Part shown: piece after piece, positions 32,114-42,946 of the stretch
Numbering within the stretch: the stretch's first letter is position 1
How the letters are laid out: each line of letters starts with the position of its first letter
Origin: Verrucomicrobiia bacterium
Lineage (GTDB): Bacteria > Verrucomicrobiota > Verrucomicrobiia > Limisphaerales > Palsa-1400
Direction of reading: 5' to 3'
DNA: 64,000 nucleotides
Assembly: GCA_036501625.1 (NCBI GenBank)
Contig: DASXZY010000063.1
Coordinates: 1,924-65,923 of the forward strand
Position numbers and translations under genes: made by a program
Notes under the pieces: model-generated
The model's input: the letters and a program-made list of their open reading frames with translations, nothing else
The model's database searches: none
Told to the model about the DNA's origin: nothing

Positions 32114-33640
32114 TTACGTCCACAATTGGCGGTCCAAGGACCGGTACTGAATGGCTTCGGAAATGTGGTCGGCGCCGATATTTTCCGCGCAGGCCAAATC
32201 GGCGATGGTGCGCGCCACTTTCAGGATGCGGTCGTAAGCGCGCGCGCTCAAATTGAGATCGGACATGGCCATGCGGAGCAGTTCCTTGGTGAACTCGTCG
32301 AGCGCGCAATAGCTTTTCAACTGGCGCGGCCCCATTCGCGCGTTGCAGGTGATGGAACGCTTTTTGGCGAATCGTTCCTGCTGGCGTTTGCGGGCCGCGA
32401 TCACGCGTTCCCGGATGGCGGCGGAGTCCTCCCCGGATCGTTCGCTGCTGATTTCGCGAAACTCCACCGGCGGCACTTCGACGTGGATATCGATTCGGTC
32501 CAGCAACGGGCCGGAAATGCGGCCCAAATACTTTTGAATATCGCGCGGCGAACTGCGGGATTCGGCCGGCATTTTTCCATCCGGCGTCGGATTCATGGCG
32601 GCCACCAGCATGAATTCCGCCGGAAAAATCATCGTGCCGGCCGCGCGTGAAATGATGACGTGCCCTTCCTCCAGCGGCTGGCGCATCGTCTCCAGGACTC
32701 CGCGTTTGAATTCGGGCAACTCATCAAGAAACAAAACGCCGTGGTGCGCCAGCGAGATTTCTCCGGGCGTAGGATTGGAATTGCCGCCCAACAAACCGGC
32801 GTCGCTGGCCGTGTGATGCGGGCATCGAAACGGGCGGCGTGTCACCAGCGCCTGCCCCGGCTTGAGCAGCCCGAGGACGCTGTGGATTTTGGTCGTTTCA
32901 AGGGCTTCCTCCAGTGTCAGCGGCGGCAGGATCGTGGTCAGCCGCTTGGCCAGCATCGATTTTCCCGTGCCCGGAGGGCCGATCAGCAAAACGTTATGGC
33001 CGCCTGCGGCGGCGACTTCCAGCGCCCGCTTGACAGATTCCTGCCCTTTGACTTCCGCCATGTCGTTCTCATCGCTGTACGACTGGTCGAAGATGTGGTT
33101 CAAATCAACCTGAGTGGGCGTGAGGGAAATCTCGCCCTGGAGATAACCGGCGGCTTCGCGCAAATTCTCGACGGCGATGACGGTCAGGCCGCTGACGACC
33201 GCGGCTTCGGCGGCGTTTTCCGGCGCGACGAGCAGCCCGGCCTTGCCATCGGCCCGGGCGCGCCAAGCTACCGGCAGCACGCCCTTGACGGGACGAATCG
33301 CCCCCGTCAACGCCAGTTCGCCCACCATCATAAAGGTGTCGAGCTTGTCCGATTCGAGCTGGTCGCTGGCGGCGAGCATGCCGATGGCGATGGGGAGATC
33401 GAAGCTGGGGCCTTCCTTGCGGACGTCGGCCGGCGCGAGATTGATGGTCGTGCGGCCCATAGGCAACTGAAAGCCGGAATTGCTCATGGCCGTGGTGACG
33501 CGGTCCTTTGATTCCTTCACGGCGGCATCCGGCAATCCGACAATGACGACGACCGAGTCCCCCCAACCGGCATTCACCTCCACTTCAACTGAAAAAGCTT
33601 CGACGCCATTGACGGCGGCGGAAAAAACCCTTGCTAACAT
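32114..33640 (-). CDS. comM: YifB/ComM family Mg-chelatase-like AAA+ ATPase
   Basis: VGLPDAAVKES, INLAPAD.RKEG..FDLPIA, GPPGTGKSMLA, RCPHH, PGEISLAHHGVLFLDE, ISGPLLDRID. Confidence 0.93.
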   Translation of the reverse strand: MLARVFSAAVNGVEAFSVEVEVNAGWGDSVVVIVGLPDAAVKESKDRVTTAMSNSGFQLPMGRTTINLAPADVRKEGPSFDLPIAIGMLAASDQLESDKLDTFMMVGELALTGAIRPVKGVLPVAWRARADGKAGLLVAPENAAEAAVVSGLTVIAVENLREAAGYLQGEISLTPTQVDLNHIFDQSYSDENDMAEVKGQESVKRALEVAAAGGHNVLLIGPPGTGKSMLAKRLTTILPPLTLEEALETTKIHSVLGLLKPGQALVTRRPFRCPHHTASDAGLLGGNSNPTPGEISLAHHGVLFLDELPEFKRGVLETMRQPLEEGHVIISRAAGTMIFPAEFMLVAAMNPTPDGKMPAESRSSPRDIQKYLGRISGPLLDRIDIHVEVPPVEFREISSERSGEDSAAIRERVIAARKRQQERFAKKRSITCNARMGPRQLKSYCALDEFTKELLRMAMSDLNLSARAYDRILKVARTIADLACAENIGADHISEAIQYRSLDRQLWT

Positions 33641-33839
33641 TGACGAATATTGATGGAACGGCCGCGCAAGGGCAATGCGGTTTTGGAGGTTTTTGAAGGA
33701 TTCAGGAAAACTTCGGCATTCCAGAGAATGCGCCGCACGTCCGCCTGCACTTGCGTCTCGAACCACTCCAATGGCCAGCGGAGCGGCGCATTTTTCTGGA
33801 CTCTTGAGGCCTGGCGCCGAATGGGGTATTTACAATGTG

Positions 33840-34376
33840 ATGAAGATTATCGGTGTGTGCGGGCAACCTGCATCAGGCAAAGATACGGCGGCTGAGTTCT
33901 TCGTTTCCAAAGGGTTCATGCACATCTCCCTCGGTGACGCGTTGAGGCGGGAGATGCGCAAACAGGGTTTGCCTGTTGACAGGGCCAGCATGAGTATTTT
34001 TGCTGCTGATGCCAAGAAGGCGCGGGGCGCGGGCTATTTGGCCAAACTCGCCATCAGCATGATTTCCGGAAACGCCATTATTTCCGGCATTCGCGGCTCC
34101 GCGGAGGTCGATCTTCTTCGCCAGCAATTCGGGCCAGATTTCCTCCTCATCGCTGTTGATGCGCCTCTCGAATTACGTTACGGCCGAGCAACGAAACGCA
34201 ATCGACCGGGGGACAATATTTCCTTCGAACAGTTTCGAATGATTGAAAATCATGAACGCTCTGCCGCATCGGGCGCTCAGGAAGTGGACAAGGTAATCGC
34301 GCTGGCCGATCACACTCTCGATAATAGCGGGTCGATTGAGATGCTTATGACCAAGCTCGAGGCTTTGTGTGGGTGA
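33840..34376 (+). CDS. P-loop nucleotide kinase-like protein (dephospho-CoA/NMP kinase fold)
   Basis: IIGVCGQPASGKDT Walker A; ISGIR..AEV; AVDAPLELRY.R; AD..LDN.G. Confidence 0.8.
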   Translation: MKIIGVCGQPASGKDTAAEFFVSKGFMHISLGDALRREMRKQGLPVDRASMSIFAADAKKARGAGYLAKLAISMISGNAIISGIRGSAEVDLLRQQFGPDFLLIAVDAPLELRYGRATKRNRPGDNISFEQFRMIENHERSAASGAQEVDKVIALADHTLDNSGSIEMLMTKLEALCG

Positions 34377-34429
34377 AATTACAACGATGAAACAAAGCTC
34401 TTGGCTAGTTTCCATCATCGCTCGCGCAT

Positions 34430-34729
34430 TCATCGAAACGGTTGCACGGGCTGCGGCTCCAATGGCCTTGGCCGATAGAGCACAACGACATTGCCGACCC
34501 TGGTGATGAGGCGGCTGCCGGACCTTTCTGCGAGCTGTGGGGCGAGTTCTTTCTTTTGCTCCTTGAACTCGTCAAACTTCACCTTGACCAGTTCCTGGTG
34601 TTTGAGCGCTTCATCCAGCGCAGCCAGGAACTTCGGACTCAGACCCTCCTTGCCGACTTTCAGCGTCGCTTTGAGCCGTTGAGCCTGGGCTTTGAAATCA
34701 CGTATTTGAGCATTGGTCAGACTATCCAT
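34430..34729 (-). CDS. yhbY: YhbY/CRM family RNA-binding protein
   Basis: LT..Q...KAQAQRLK...KVGKEG, ELVKVK, VGNVVVLYR. Confidence 0.88.
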   Translation of the reverse strand: MDSLTNAQIRDFKAQAQRLKATLKVGKEGLSPKFLAALDEALKHQELVKVKFDEFKEQKKELAPQLAERSGSRLITRVGNVVVLYRPRPLEPQPVQPFR

Positions 34730-34911
34730 GCCGCCAAACTGCCTGAATCTGGCCCAACCATCCATAAAGAATTGGGGTGGAACTCGATTTTCATTCGAGA
34801 TCAATCACACGCTCTGCCCGCCGGCGGGAACAGGGAAGCCAGCCTTTGCTAACAGCGGGTAATGAAGTTGACAACCAGCTCCTGCCGCGCCAGTGTCGTT
34901 TTCAGAACATT

Positions 34912-37900
34912 ATGGCGGAATATAAGAACCTTTCTGTCCGGGTTTCTCGCGCGGCTTTTTTCATTTTTTGCCTGGTGTCCGGGCTGAGGGCGTCGGGCAT
35001 CGACATTCACGATACGCGGATGCTGTCCGATCCGGCGGTGAGCCAGGACCACATTGCCTTTGCTTACGCGAACGATCTTTGGGTGGCGAATCTCGATGGA
35101 AGCGGTGTGCGCCGGCTGACTTCGCATCCGGGAATCCAATCCGGCCCGCATTTCTCGCCTGATGGCAAATGGATCGCGTTTTCTGGGCAGTATGACGGCA
35201 ATACCGATGTTTACGTTGTATCTTCCGACGGCGGCGAACCCAAGCGGCTCACCTGGCATCCGATGGATGACATTGCGCTCGGTTTTACGCAGGACGGCGG
35301 GTCGGTCTTGTATTCGTCACCAGCCCAATCTTATACACGCAGGTATGTGCAATTGTTCACGGTGCCGCGCGACGGCGGCGAGCCAAGCCGGCTGCCGATT
35401 CCGCACGCGTGGAAGGCGTCCTATTCGCCTGACGGCACGAAGATCGTGTATTGCCCGCTGTCGGAGAGGTTCAAGCAGTGGAAACATTATCGCGGCGGGG
35501 CGGTTTCGGAGTTGATCATTTTCAATACGAAGGACAATTCGATCGAACACGTCCCGCAGCCGGCCGGGAGATGCAACGACGCCGATCCGGTCTGGATGGA
35601 CGGCAAAATTTATTTCCGCTCGGATAGGAACGGAGAATTCAATCTTTTCTCCTTTGATCCATCCACGAAGGAAATCAGCCAATTGACCGAACACAAGGAT
35701 TTCCCGATTTTGTCCCTCGGCGGCGGAGCTGGGCGCATCATTTATGAACAAGCCGGCTACATTTTCTTGTACGATGTGAAAGCCCGCCACGCCGAGCGGC
35801 TCAAGATTGGCATCGCAACTGACCTGACGGAGACGCGCCCTCGTTTTGCCAATGGCGCGAAATGGATTCGCCATGCCTGGGTGTCGCCGACGGGCGCGCG
35901 GGCCGTTTTCGAATTCAGGGGCGAAATCATCACGGTTCCCAAGGAAAAAGGCGACGACCGCAACTTGAGCTTGTCGCCAGCGGCCAATGACTGCTGGCCC
36001 GCGTGGTCGCCGGACGGCAAATGGATCTCGTGGTTCTCCGATGAGTCGGGCGAATACGCGCTGCATATCGCGCCCCAGGACGGGCATGGCGAGACTCGCA
36101 AGATCGCGCTGCATGGCGCGGGCTTTTACGAGGACCCGCATTGGTCGCCCGACAGCCGCAAGATCAGTTTCACCGACAACGCCCGCGCGCTCTTTATTCT
36201 CGATGTGGCGTCGGGCCAGGCGGAGAAGGCGGCCGCCCAGGCCCTTTACGCGCCGCGAAATGATTTGGATACCGCTTGGTCGCCCGATTCCAAATGGCTG
36301 GCCTACACCCAAAATTCGCCCACCTACACGCACCGGCTGGCCCTTTATTCGCTAGATAAAAAGCGCGCTTTCGAGGTCACGGATGGGTTGAGCGATGTCA
36401 GCAGTCCTGTGTTTGATCCGAGCGGGAAGTATCTCTACTTTTTCGCGTCCACAGACGCCGGGCCGCAAAACGACTGGTTTTCGATGTGGGGCGAGGACGT
36501 GAAGATCTCCCAAGGCATCTATATGGCGGTGCTGCCGAAGAATGTTCCTTCTCCATTGGCTCCGGAGAGCGATGAAGAAAAACCGGCGGCGGATTCGGAG
36601 AAAAAAACCAAGGATGACAAGAAGGAGAGCGAAGACACCAAGACGAATGCTCTCACGGTCATTGATATGGACGGCTTCGCTGATCGAATCCAAGCGTTGC
36701 CAGTGCCCGCCGCCCAGTATGGCGCCCTGCAAGTCGCCAAGACTGGCCAGGTCTATTATCTCAAAATGGACGCCGCGTCCAATCCCAACGAACCGACCTG
36801 CACTTTGGAACATTTCGACTTGGAGAAACGCAAGGCCAGCACGATTCTTGACAAAGTGGACCACTATCTGATTTCAGCCGATGGCAAGCAAGCGCTGATG
36901 AACGTGAAGGAGGAGTGGTCGATTTGCGAATTGGGCGACAAGCTTGATCTTTCCAAAAACAAGCTGGCGGTGGACAAGGTGGAGGTGAAGATCGACCCGC
37001 GGGCGGAATGGAAGGAGATGTTCCTCGACGCATGGCGCATCAATCGGGATTATTTTTACGACCCCGCCATGCACGGGGCGGATTGGAAGGCGATCCAGTC
37101 CAAATACGAGGCTTTTCTGCCCGACTTAGCGGACCGCCAGGACTTGAACCGGGTCATGCAGTGGATGTGCAGCGAACTGGTCGTGGGCCATTCGTTCCTG
37201 GGCGGAGGAGATTTTCCGGACGAACCTGACATCATCCCCGGCGGGTTGCTGGGGGCCGACTACAAAATTGAGAACAATCGGTATCGCTTTGCCAAAGTCT
37301 TCGGCGGATTGAATTGGAACCCGGACTTGAAGTCGCCGCTGACGGAACCTGGTGTCGATGTGAAGGCGGGCGAATATCTGCTGGCCGTCAATGGCAAGGA
37401 ACTGAGGCCGCCGGAGAATCTTTACAGCCGGTTTGAGCGGACGGCGGGGCGGATCGTAGAATTGACGGTGGGGCCGAACGCGGCCATGAGCGGCTCGCGC
37501 ACGGTCAAAGTCGTGCCGATCAAGGATGAGCAGGCACTGCGCAACCGGGATTGGATCGAGGGCAACTTGAAAAAAGTGACGGAAGCCACCGGCGGCAAAG
37601 TGGCCTATGTCTATGTTCCCAACACGGCGGAACTGGGCCACGAATACTTCAAGCGCTATTTTTTCCCTCAGTCCGACCGCCAGGCGATCATCGTGGATGA
37701 GCGCTTCAACGGCGGCGGGCAGATTGCCGATTATTACCTGGACATACTGCGGCGGCCTTTCATCAGTTACTGGGCCATGCGCTACGGCGCGGACGCCAAA
37801 GCGCCGCAGGCCTCCATCCAAGGCCCAAAAATAATGCTGATTGACGAGACGGCCGGCTCCGGCGGCGACCTGCTGCCATGGATGTTCAGGAAATTTGCCA

Positions 37901-38208
37901 TCGGCACGCTCGTCGGCAAGCGAACATGGGGCGGCCTGGTGGGAATTCTCGGTTTTCCTCCGCTCATGGATGGCGGTTCCGTAACCGCGCCGAACATCGG
38001 CATTTGGACGCCGGACGCCGGATGGGCGGTCGAGAACGAAGGCGTGCCGCCAGACGTGGACGTGGAACAGACACCCGCGGACGTCATCGCCGGGCACGAT
38101 CCGCAGCTTGAAAAAGCGATTGAACTCGCCAAGTCGCAACTGGCCGCGCAACCGCCGCCCCAGGTCAAGCGCCCGCCATTCCCAGTGCGCGTGCCGAAAC
38201 CAAATTAG
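34912..38208 (+). CDS. Tricorn protease homolog (S41 peptidase with PD40 propellers and PDZ)
   Basis: Repeated WSPD/FSPDG; RDYFYDP.MHG.DW; IVDERFNGGG; AGSGGD catalytic Ser; GKRTWGG; VENEGV.PD; signal peptide. Confidence 0.93.
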   Translation: MAEYKNLSVRVSRAAFFIFCLVSGLRASGIDIHDTRMLSDPAVSQDHIAFAYANDLWVANLDGSGVRRLTSHPGIQSGPHFSPDGKWIAFSGQYDGNTDVYVVSSDGGEPKRLTWHPMDDIALGFTQDGGSVLYSSPAQSYTRRYVQLFTVPRDGGEPSRLPIPHAWKASYSPDGTKIVYCPLSERFKQWKHYRGGAVSELIIFNTKDNSIEHVPQPAGRCNDADPVWMDGKIYFRSDRNGEFNLFSFDPSTKEISQLTEHKDFPILSLGGGAGRIIYEQAGYIFLYDVKARHAERLKIGIATDLTETRPRFANGAKWIRHAWVSPTGARAVFEFRGEIITVPKEKGDDRNLSLSPAANDCWPAWSPDGKWISWFSDESGEYALHIAPQDGHGETRKIALHGAGFYEDPHWSPDSRKISFTDNARALFILDVASGQAEKAAAQALYAPRNDLDTAWSPDSKWLAYTQNSPTYTHRLALYSLDKKRAFEVTDGLSDVSSPVFDPSGKYLYFFASTDAGPQNDWFSMWGEDVKISQGIYMAVLPKNVPSPLAPESDEEKPAADSEKKTKDDKKESEDTKTNALTVIDMDGFADRIQALPVPAAQYGALQVAKTGQVYYLKMDAASNPNEPTCTLEHFDLEKRKASTILDKVDHYLISADGKQALMNVKEEWSICELGDKLDLSKNKLAVDKVEVKIDPRAEWKEMFLDAWRINRDYFYDPAMHGADWKAIQSKYEAFLPDLADRQDLNRVMQWMCSELVVGHSFLGGGDFPDEPDIIPGGLLGADYKIENNRYRFAKVFGGLNWNPDLKSPLTEPGVDVKAGEYLLAVNGKELRPPENLYSRFERTAGRIVELTVGPNAAMSGSRTVKVVPIKDEQALRNRDWIEGNLKKVTEATGGKVAYVYVPNTAELGHEYFKRYFFPQSDRQAIIVDERFNGGGQIADYYLDILRRPFISYWAMRYGADAKAPQASIQGPKIMLIDETAGSGGDLLPWMFRKFAIGTLVGKRTWGGLVGILGFPPLMDGGSVTAPNIGIWTPDAGWAVENEGVPPDVDVEQTPADVIAGHDPQLEKAIELAKSQLAAQPPPQVKRPPFPVRVPKPN

Positions 38209-38253
38209 CGTCTTGAATAATCGTCCGCGCTGGGTGATTCTGTGGGTGGTTGT

Positions 38254-38913
38254 ATGAAAAATTCTTTTTTCCACGTTGCGCCTGGCGCGCGGCGCTGGCT
38301 GCTGCAGGCGGCGGCGTTGCTGCTGGGCTGCTTTTTCCTTGCTCCCATTATGAATGCTCAACCTGACCCGGCCGCGGCTCCGCCCAAAATCGAAACCGCC
38401 ACGTTCGGCGGGGGCTGCTTCTGGTGCGCCGAGGCCGTTTTCCAGCGCATCCCCGGCGTCAAGTCGGTCACCTCCGGTTTCGCCGGCGGCACGACGGCCA
38501 GTCCCAGTTACGAGGACGTTTGCACCGGCACGACCGGCCATGCCGAGGTCATTCAGCTCAAGTTCGACCCGGCGGTCATTTCCTACAACAAATTGCTGGA
38601 GATTTTTTTCGAAGCGCACGACCCGACCACGCTCAACCGCCAGGGCAACGACGTCGGCACCCAGTACCGCTCCATTATTCTTTACACTGACACCGCGCAA
38701 AAGGAGGCGGCGGAAAAATCCAAGGCCGAGGCCGCTTCGCATTTTTCCAAGCCAATCGTCACGGAAATTGTTCCGCTGAAAGCGTTTTATTCGGCGGAGG
38801 AACACCACCAGAATTACTACAACCTCCATTCCAATGAAGGTTACTGCGCGTTTGTCATCGGGCCAAAATTGCGCAAACTCATCGCCAAAGGGGTCATCCC
38901 GCAGGAGAAATAA
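38254..38913 (+). CDS. msrA: Peptide methionine (S)-sulfoxide reductase, probably exported
   Basis: [40 protein letters not shown]; hydrophobic N-terminal signal. Confidence 0.95.
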   Translation: MKNSFFHVAPGARRWLLQAAALLLGCFFLAPIMNAQPDPAAAPPKIETATFGGGCFWCAEAVFQRIPGVKSVTSGFAGGTTASPSYEDVCTGTTGHAEVIQLKFDPAVISYNKLLEIFFEAHDPTTLNRQGNDVGTQYRSIILYTDTAQKEAAEKSKAEAASHFSKPIVTEIVPLKAFYSAEEHHQNYYNLHSNEGYCAFVIGPKLRKLIAKGVIPQEK

Positions 38914-38921
38914 CCTTCCTA

Positions 38922-41597
38922 ATGCGGCGGCAATATCCGTTTCATCTCATCGAACCAAAGTGGCAGCGTTACTGGGAAACCGAGGCCGTTTTCCGCGCCT
39001 GGAACCCCGGTGATGTCATCCCGGCGAATCACCCGTTTGCCCGGCGGCACGGCCTGAGCGGCGCGGTCCCCGCGGATCGGCTTCCGCCCAAATACTATAT
39101 TCTGGATATGTTTCCGTACCCATCCGGCGCGGGCCTGCACGTGGGCCATCCGGAGGGTTACACCGCGACCGATATCCTTGCGCGTTATCACCGCGCCCTT
39201 GGGCGCAACGTTTTGCATCCGATGGGCTGGGACGCCTTTGGCTTGCCGGCCGAGCAGTATGCCATTCGCACCGGGCAGCATCCGCGCAAAACGACAGAGG
39301 CCAACATCACGGTATTCCGGCGGCAGATCAAATCCCTCGGTTTCAGTTACGATTGGAGCCGAGAGATCGACACAACCGACCCGCGTTATTTCAAATGGAC
39401 GCAATGGATTTTCCTCAAGCTTTACAATTCCTGGTTCAATCCGGCTTCGGGCAACGCTGAACCAATCGAAACGCTCCCTTGCCCCGCCGAAAACGCCGAT
39501 GCTTTCCGCGACAGCAAACGCCTGGCTTATGTCAGCCACGCGCCGGTTTGGTGGTGCGAGGAATTGGGGACCGTGCTGGCCAACGAAGAAGTCATCGATG
39601 GCAAAAGCGAGGTTGGCGGCTTCCCCGTCACGCGCCGGCCGATGCGGCAATGGATGCTGCGCATCACCGCCTACGCCGAGCGCCTGCTGGCCGGATTGGA
39701 AAAGATCGACTGGAGCGAGTCGCTCAAGGAAATGCAGCGCAATTGGATTGGCCGCAGCGAAGGGGCGGAGGTGCAATTCTCCCTGGCCGGCGGCGGGCAG
39801 GCGATCACCGTTTTCACAACGCGGCCGGACACACTGTTCGGCGCCACTTACATGGTCCTGGCGCCCGAACACGCCTTGGTCGAGTCTATTACGACCCCGG
39901 AGCAGCACGCTGCCATCGTGGCCTACAAAGCGGAGGTTTCCCGCAAGAGCGATCTGGAACGGACGGAACTGGCGCATGACAAAACAGGCGTTTTCACCGG
40001 CGCGTTCGCGATCAATCCTGTCAATAATGAGAAAATACCGATTTGGATCGCCGATTACGTCCTGGCCACTTACGGAACAGGCGCGATCATGGCGGTGCCG
40101 GGCCATGACACGCGCGATTTGGAGTTCGCGCGCCAATTCGATCTCCCTGTGCGCGTGGTCGTGCAGGCCCCGGCGGGCGATGAATCCATCGGCTTTCTCG
40201 GCGACGGCGTGAGCGCCGATTCCGACTTCCTGACCGGCCTCCCAACGCCCGAAGCGAAGAAGAAAATAACCGCATGGCTGGAAGAAAAAGGACTGGGCCG
40301 CAAGACGGTTAATTACAAATTGCGCGACTGGCTTTTCAGCAGGCAGCGCTATTGGGGGGAGCCGTTCCCAATCGTGTGGCAGCCGGGGCCGGACGGGCAA
40401 TTCCGCCATCAGCCCTTGCCGGAATCCGCCCTGCCGTTGCAGCCGCCGCCGTTGACCGATTTCAAACCGACCTCCACCGGCGAGCCGCCCCTGGCGCGGG
40501 CCGTCGAGTGGGTCGAATTGCCGGGCGGGGCCAGGCGCGAAACCAATACCATGCCGCAGTGGGCCGGAAGCTGCTGGTATTACCTGCGCTTCACCGACGC
40601 CCGCAACGACCACGAATTCTGCGGGCCTGCCGCGGAAAAGTATTGGATGGGCACGGAGCCTTCGGGGCAAAGTACGCGGCCCGGCGTTGACTTGTATGTC
40701 GGAGGCACAGAGCACGCCGTATTGCACCTGCTCTACTCCCGTTTTTGGCACAACGTCCTTTACGATTTGGGCTGCGTCTCCACCCCGGAACCATTTTTCA
40801 AATTGATCAATCAGGGCATCATTCTGGGCGATGACGGGCAAAAAATGTCCAAGGCGCGCGGCAACGTGGTCAACCCGGATGACATCCTGGGCGAGTACGG
40901 CGCAGACGCTTTTCGGCTTTACGAAATGTTCATGGGGCCGCTGGAAATGGTCAAACCGTGGAGCACCAAAGGCGTGGAAGGGGTCTATCGGTTTTTGGGC
41001 CGGGTCTGGCGCTTATTCATCGACGAGGAGAGCGAAACGAAATTCGAGCAATCGCAAGCCGCCGGGGGCGCGGAAAATCCGGCCGCCCTGGCAGATATCA
41101 AAGTAAGCGCGGTCATTAAGGACGTTCCAGCCACACCCGCGCAATTGAAAACGCTTCACGCGTGCATCAAGAAAGTGACTGAGGACATGGATGGCTTCCG
41201 TTTCAACACCGCCATTTCCGCCCTGATGATTTTTGTCAACGACGCCATCGCGTGGGAAACCCGGCCAGCGGGGGTCATGTCGGATTTTCTCAAACTGCTG
41301 CAGCCGTTCGCGCCGCATCTGGCTGAGGAACTGCGCGCCAAAATCTCGGATGCGCCGACTCTCGCCTGGGAGCCGTGGCCCCGGTTCGATCCGGCCGTGT
41401 TGGCAGAAGACAAGGTCGAAATCCCGGTGCAGGTCAATGGCAAGTTGCGCGACAAGATCGTGGTGGCGGCTGGGGTGTCCCCGGAGGAAATCCAGGCGGC
41501 GGCCCTTGCTTCAGAGAAGGTGCAACAATTCATAGGCGGCAATCAGGTTAAGAAGATTGTGGTTGTGCCGAAAAGACTTGTGAATATCGTCGTCTGA
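38922..41597 (+). CDS. leuS: Leucine--tRNA ligase
   Basis: [62 protein letters not shown]. Confidence 0.98.
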   Translation: MRRQYPFHLIEPKWQRYWETEAVFRAWNPGDVIPANHPFARRHGLSGAVPADRLPPKYYILDMFPYPSGAGLHVGHPEGYTATDILARYHRALGRNVLHPMGWDAFGLPAEQYAIRTGQHPRKTTEANITVFRRQIKSLGFSYDWSREIDTTDPRYFKWTQWIFLKLYNSWFNPASGNAEPIETLPCPAENADAFRDSKRLAYVSHAPVWWCEELGTVLANEEVIDGKSEVGGFPVTRRPMRQWMLRITAYAERLLAGLEKIDWSESLKEMQRNWIGRSEGAEVQFSLAGGGQAITVFTTRPDTLFGATYMVLAPEHALVESITTPEQHAAIVAYKAEVSRKSDLERTELAHDKTGVFTGAFAINPVNNEKIPIWIADYVLATYGTGAIMAVPGHDTRDLEFARQFDLPVRVVVQAPAGDESIGFLGDGVSADSDFLTGLPTPEAKKKITAWLEEKGLGRKTVNYKLRDWLFSRQRYWGEPFPIVWQPGPDGQFRHQPLPESALPLQPPPLTDFKPTSTGEPPLARAVEWVELPGGARRETNTMPQWAGSCWYYLRFTDARNDHEFCGPAAEKYWMGTEPSGQSTRPGVDLYVGGTEHAVLHLLYSRFWHNVLYDLGCVSTPEPFFKLINQGIILGDDGQKMSKARGNVVNPDDILGEYGADAFRLYEMFMGPLEMVKPWSTKGVEGVYRFLGRVWRLFIDEESETKFEQSQAAGGAENPAALADIKVSAVIKDVPATPAQLKTLHACIKKVTEDMDGFRFNTAISALMIFVNDAIAWETRPAGVMSDFLKLLQPFAPHLAEELRAKISDAPTLAWEPWPRFDPAVLAEDKVEIPVQVNGKLRDKIVVAAGVSPEEIQAAALASEKVQQFIGGNQVKKIVVVPKRLVNIVV

Positions 41598-41640
41598 TTT
41601 CTATTTTTGAAATCCGGCGAAGATTATATATAGTGGGGCA

Positions 41641-41769
41641 GTGAAATACCTGACAAGAGAGGAACAGTTTGTGCTTTGTCTTACAATTGCGCTCGTGCTG
41701 GCGGGCTGGGCCGTGAAAGTTTATCGAACGGCTCATCCGTCCGCCCCGGCAATTTGGAAGCAAAAATAA
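41641..41769 (+). CDS. Small single-pass membrane protein (42 aa), absent from the ORF track
   Basis: GTG-start ORF MKYLTREEQFVLCLTIALVLAGWAVKVYRTAHPSAPAIWKQK. Stop overlaps the next ATG (TAATG). TTGAAA...TATAGT lies just upstream. Confidence 0.7.
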   Translation: MKYLTREEQFVLCLTIALVLAGWAVKVYRTAHPSAPAIWKQK

Positions 41770-42203
41770 TGCGACCCGTGAATCCAGAAGATGAGATACG
41801 AAAAATAGTGGCGGAGGACCCTCGTTTTCCCTCCGACGCCTATGTCTTTGTGCAAGAGGCTCTTCACCATACCCAGCGCGCCCTGGGCCGCACCAAGCCG
41901 GGCCAAATGCACGTCGGCGGCAAGGAATGGCTCGAAGGCATCCGCCTCTACGCCCTCAAGTCCTTCGGCCCGATGGTTCCCACCATGCTTAATGAGTGGA
42001 ACATTCATTCTTGCGAAGATTTTGGCGACATCGTTTTCAACATGATCGCGCATCAGGTCGTCAGCAAGACCGAGGCCGACAGCCGGGAAGATTTCAAAGG
42101 CGGTTACACATTCGACGACGCCTTCCGCAAACCGTATCTGCCCTCAAAGGCCAGGACGGTTGAGCCAAAGAAAGACGAGGCCAAACTGGGCGTCGGGAAC
42201 TAA
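41769..42203 (+). CDS. Minf_1886-like PVC-restricted protein
   Basis: DPRF..DAY.FV.EAL, HVGG.E.LEG.R..AL..FGPM, W.I..CEDFG.IVFNM, DSREDF..Y.F..AF. Confidence 0.8.
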   Translation: MRPVNPEDEIRKIVAEDPRFPSDAYVFVQEALHHTQRALGRTKPGQMHVGGKEWLEGIRLYALKSFGPMVPTMLNEWNIHSCEDFGDIVFNMIAHQVVSKTEADSREDFKGGYTFDDAFRKPYLPSKARTVEPKKDEAKLGVGN

Positions 42204-42229
42204 TACACGCACAAAACACACACCACAAC

Positions 42230-42943
42230 ATGAGCGAGCCATTGAGCGAGAATCCGCCCGAGGATTCCTTTTTCGACTTCGCGTGCCCGTACTGCGGCGA
42301 GGTCAACTCCTTTCCCTCCGCTGTCGCGCGCACGCTGCAGGAATGCGCCTCTTGCGGCGAAATGATAGTCGTGCCGGAACCGGGCGCCGAAACGGCCGGC
42401 AAGGTGCCGCTGCCCATGAGGACGCCGCGGCTGATCATTCGCCGGTTCCAATCTGAAGACACCAACCGGCTTATCAATCTAGCCCGCGAGGACGACATGG
42501 GCGGCCTGCCCGTGACCGAAGCAAACGTGGACGAATTCATCGAGGTGCAGCGTGGGGCCGCGTTCACGCGAGGCGAGGCGGGCGCTTTCCTTGCAATCGA
42601 GGTGGCAGAGACACATGAACTGGCCGGCTACCTGTTAATTTATTTTACGGAGCCTGCCCACAGCAACGCCGGCTTCAAGCTCGCGATCACTCCCGCGCGC
42701 CGCCGCCAAGGCTTCGGTTTCGAGGCCGCGCGCGCGATGATTGACTTCGCCTTCGACGGCCTTTGCGCGCACCGCGTCACCGTTTCCTGTCCCAGCCGGG
42801 ACCAAGCCGCGCGTGCTTTGCTGGAGAAACTGAAGTTGCGCCTAGAGGGCGAGTTTATAAAATCCTGGTTCGATGGGAACGAATGGAGCGATGTCCGTTG
42901 GTACGCCCTCCTGAAAGAAGAGCGCTCCAGCTCGGGGGTTTAG
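42230..42943 (+). CDS. RimJ/RimL-type GNAT acetyltransferase with N-terminal Zn ribbon
   Basis: CPYC...CASC; RTPRLIIRRF; RRQGFGFEA acetyl-CoA motif; LLEKL.LR.EG. Confidence 0.85.
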   Translation: MSEPLSENPPEDSFFDFACPYCGEVNSFPSAVARTLQECASCGEMIVVPEPGAETAGKVPLPMRTPRLIIRRFQSEDTNRLINLAREDDMGGLPVTEANVDEFIEVQRGAAFTRGEAGAFLAIEVAETHELAGYLLIYFTEPAHSNAGFKLAITPARRRQGFGFEAARAMIDFAFDGLCAHRVTVSCPSRDQAARALLEKLKLRLEGEFIKSWFDGNEWSDVRWYALLKEERSSSGV

Positions 42944-42946
42944 TCT

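Noticed and set aside
31801-33640. tRNA-Glu and comM as possible island integration sites
   Set aside because: comM is intact and I found no duplicated tRNA 3' end or adjacent integrase.
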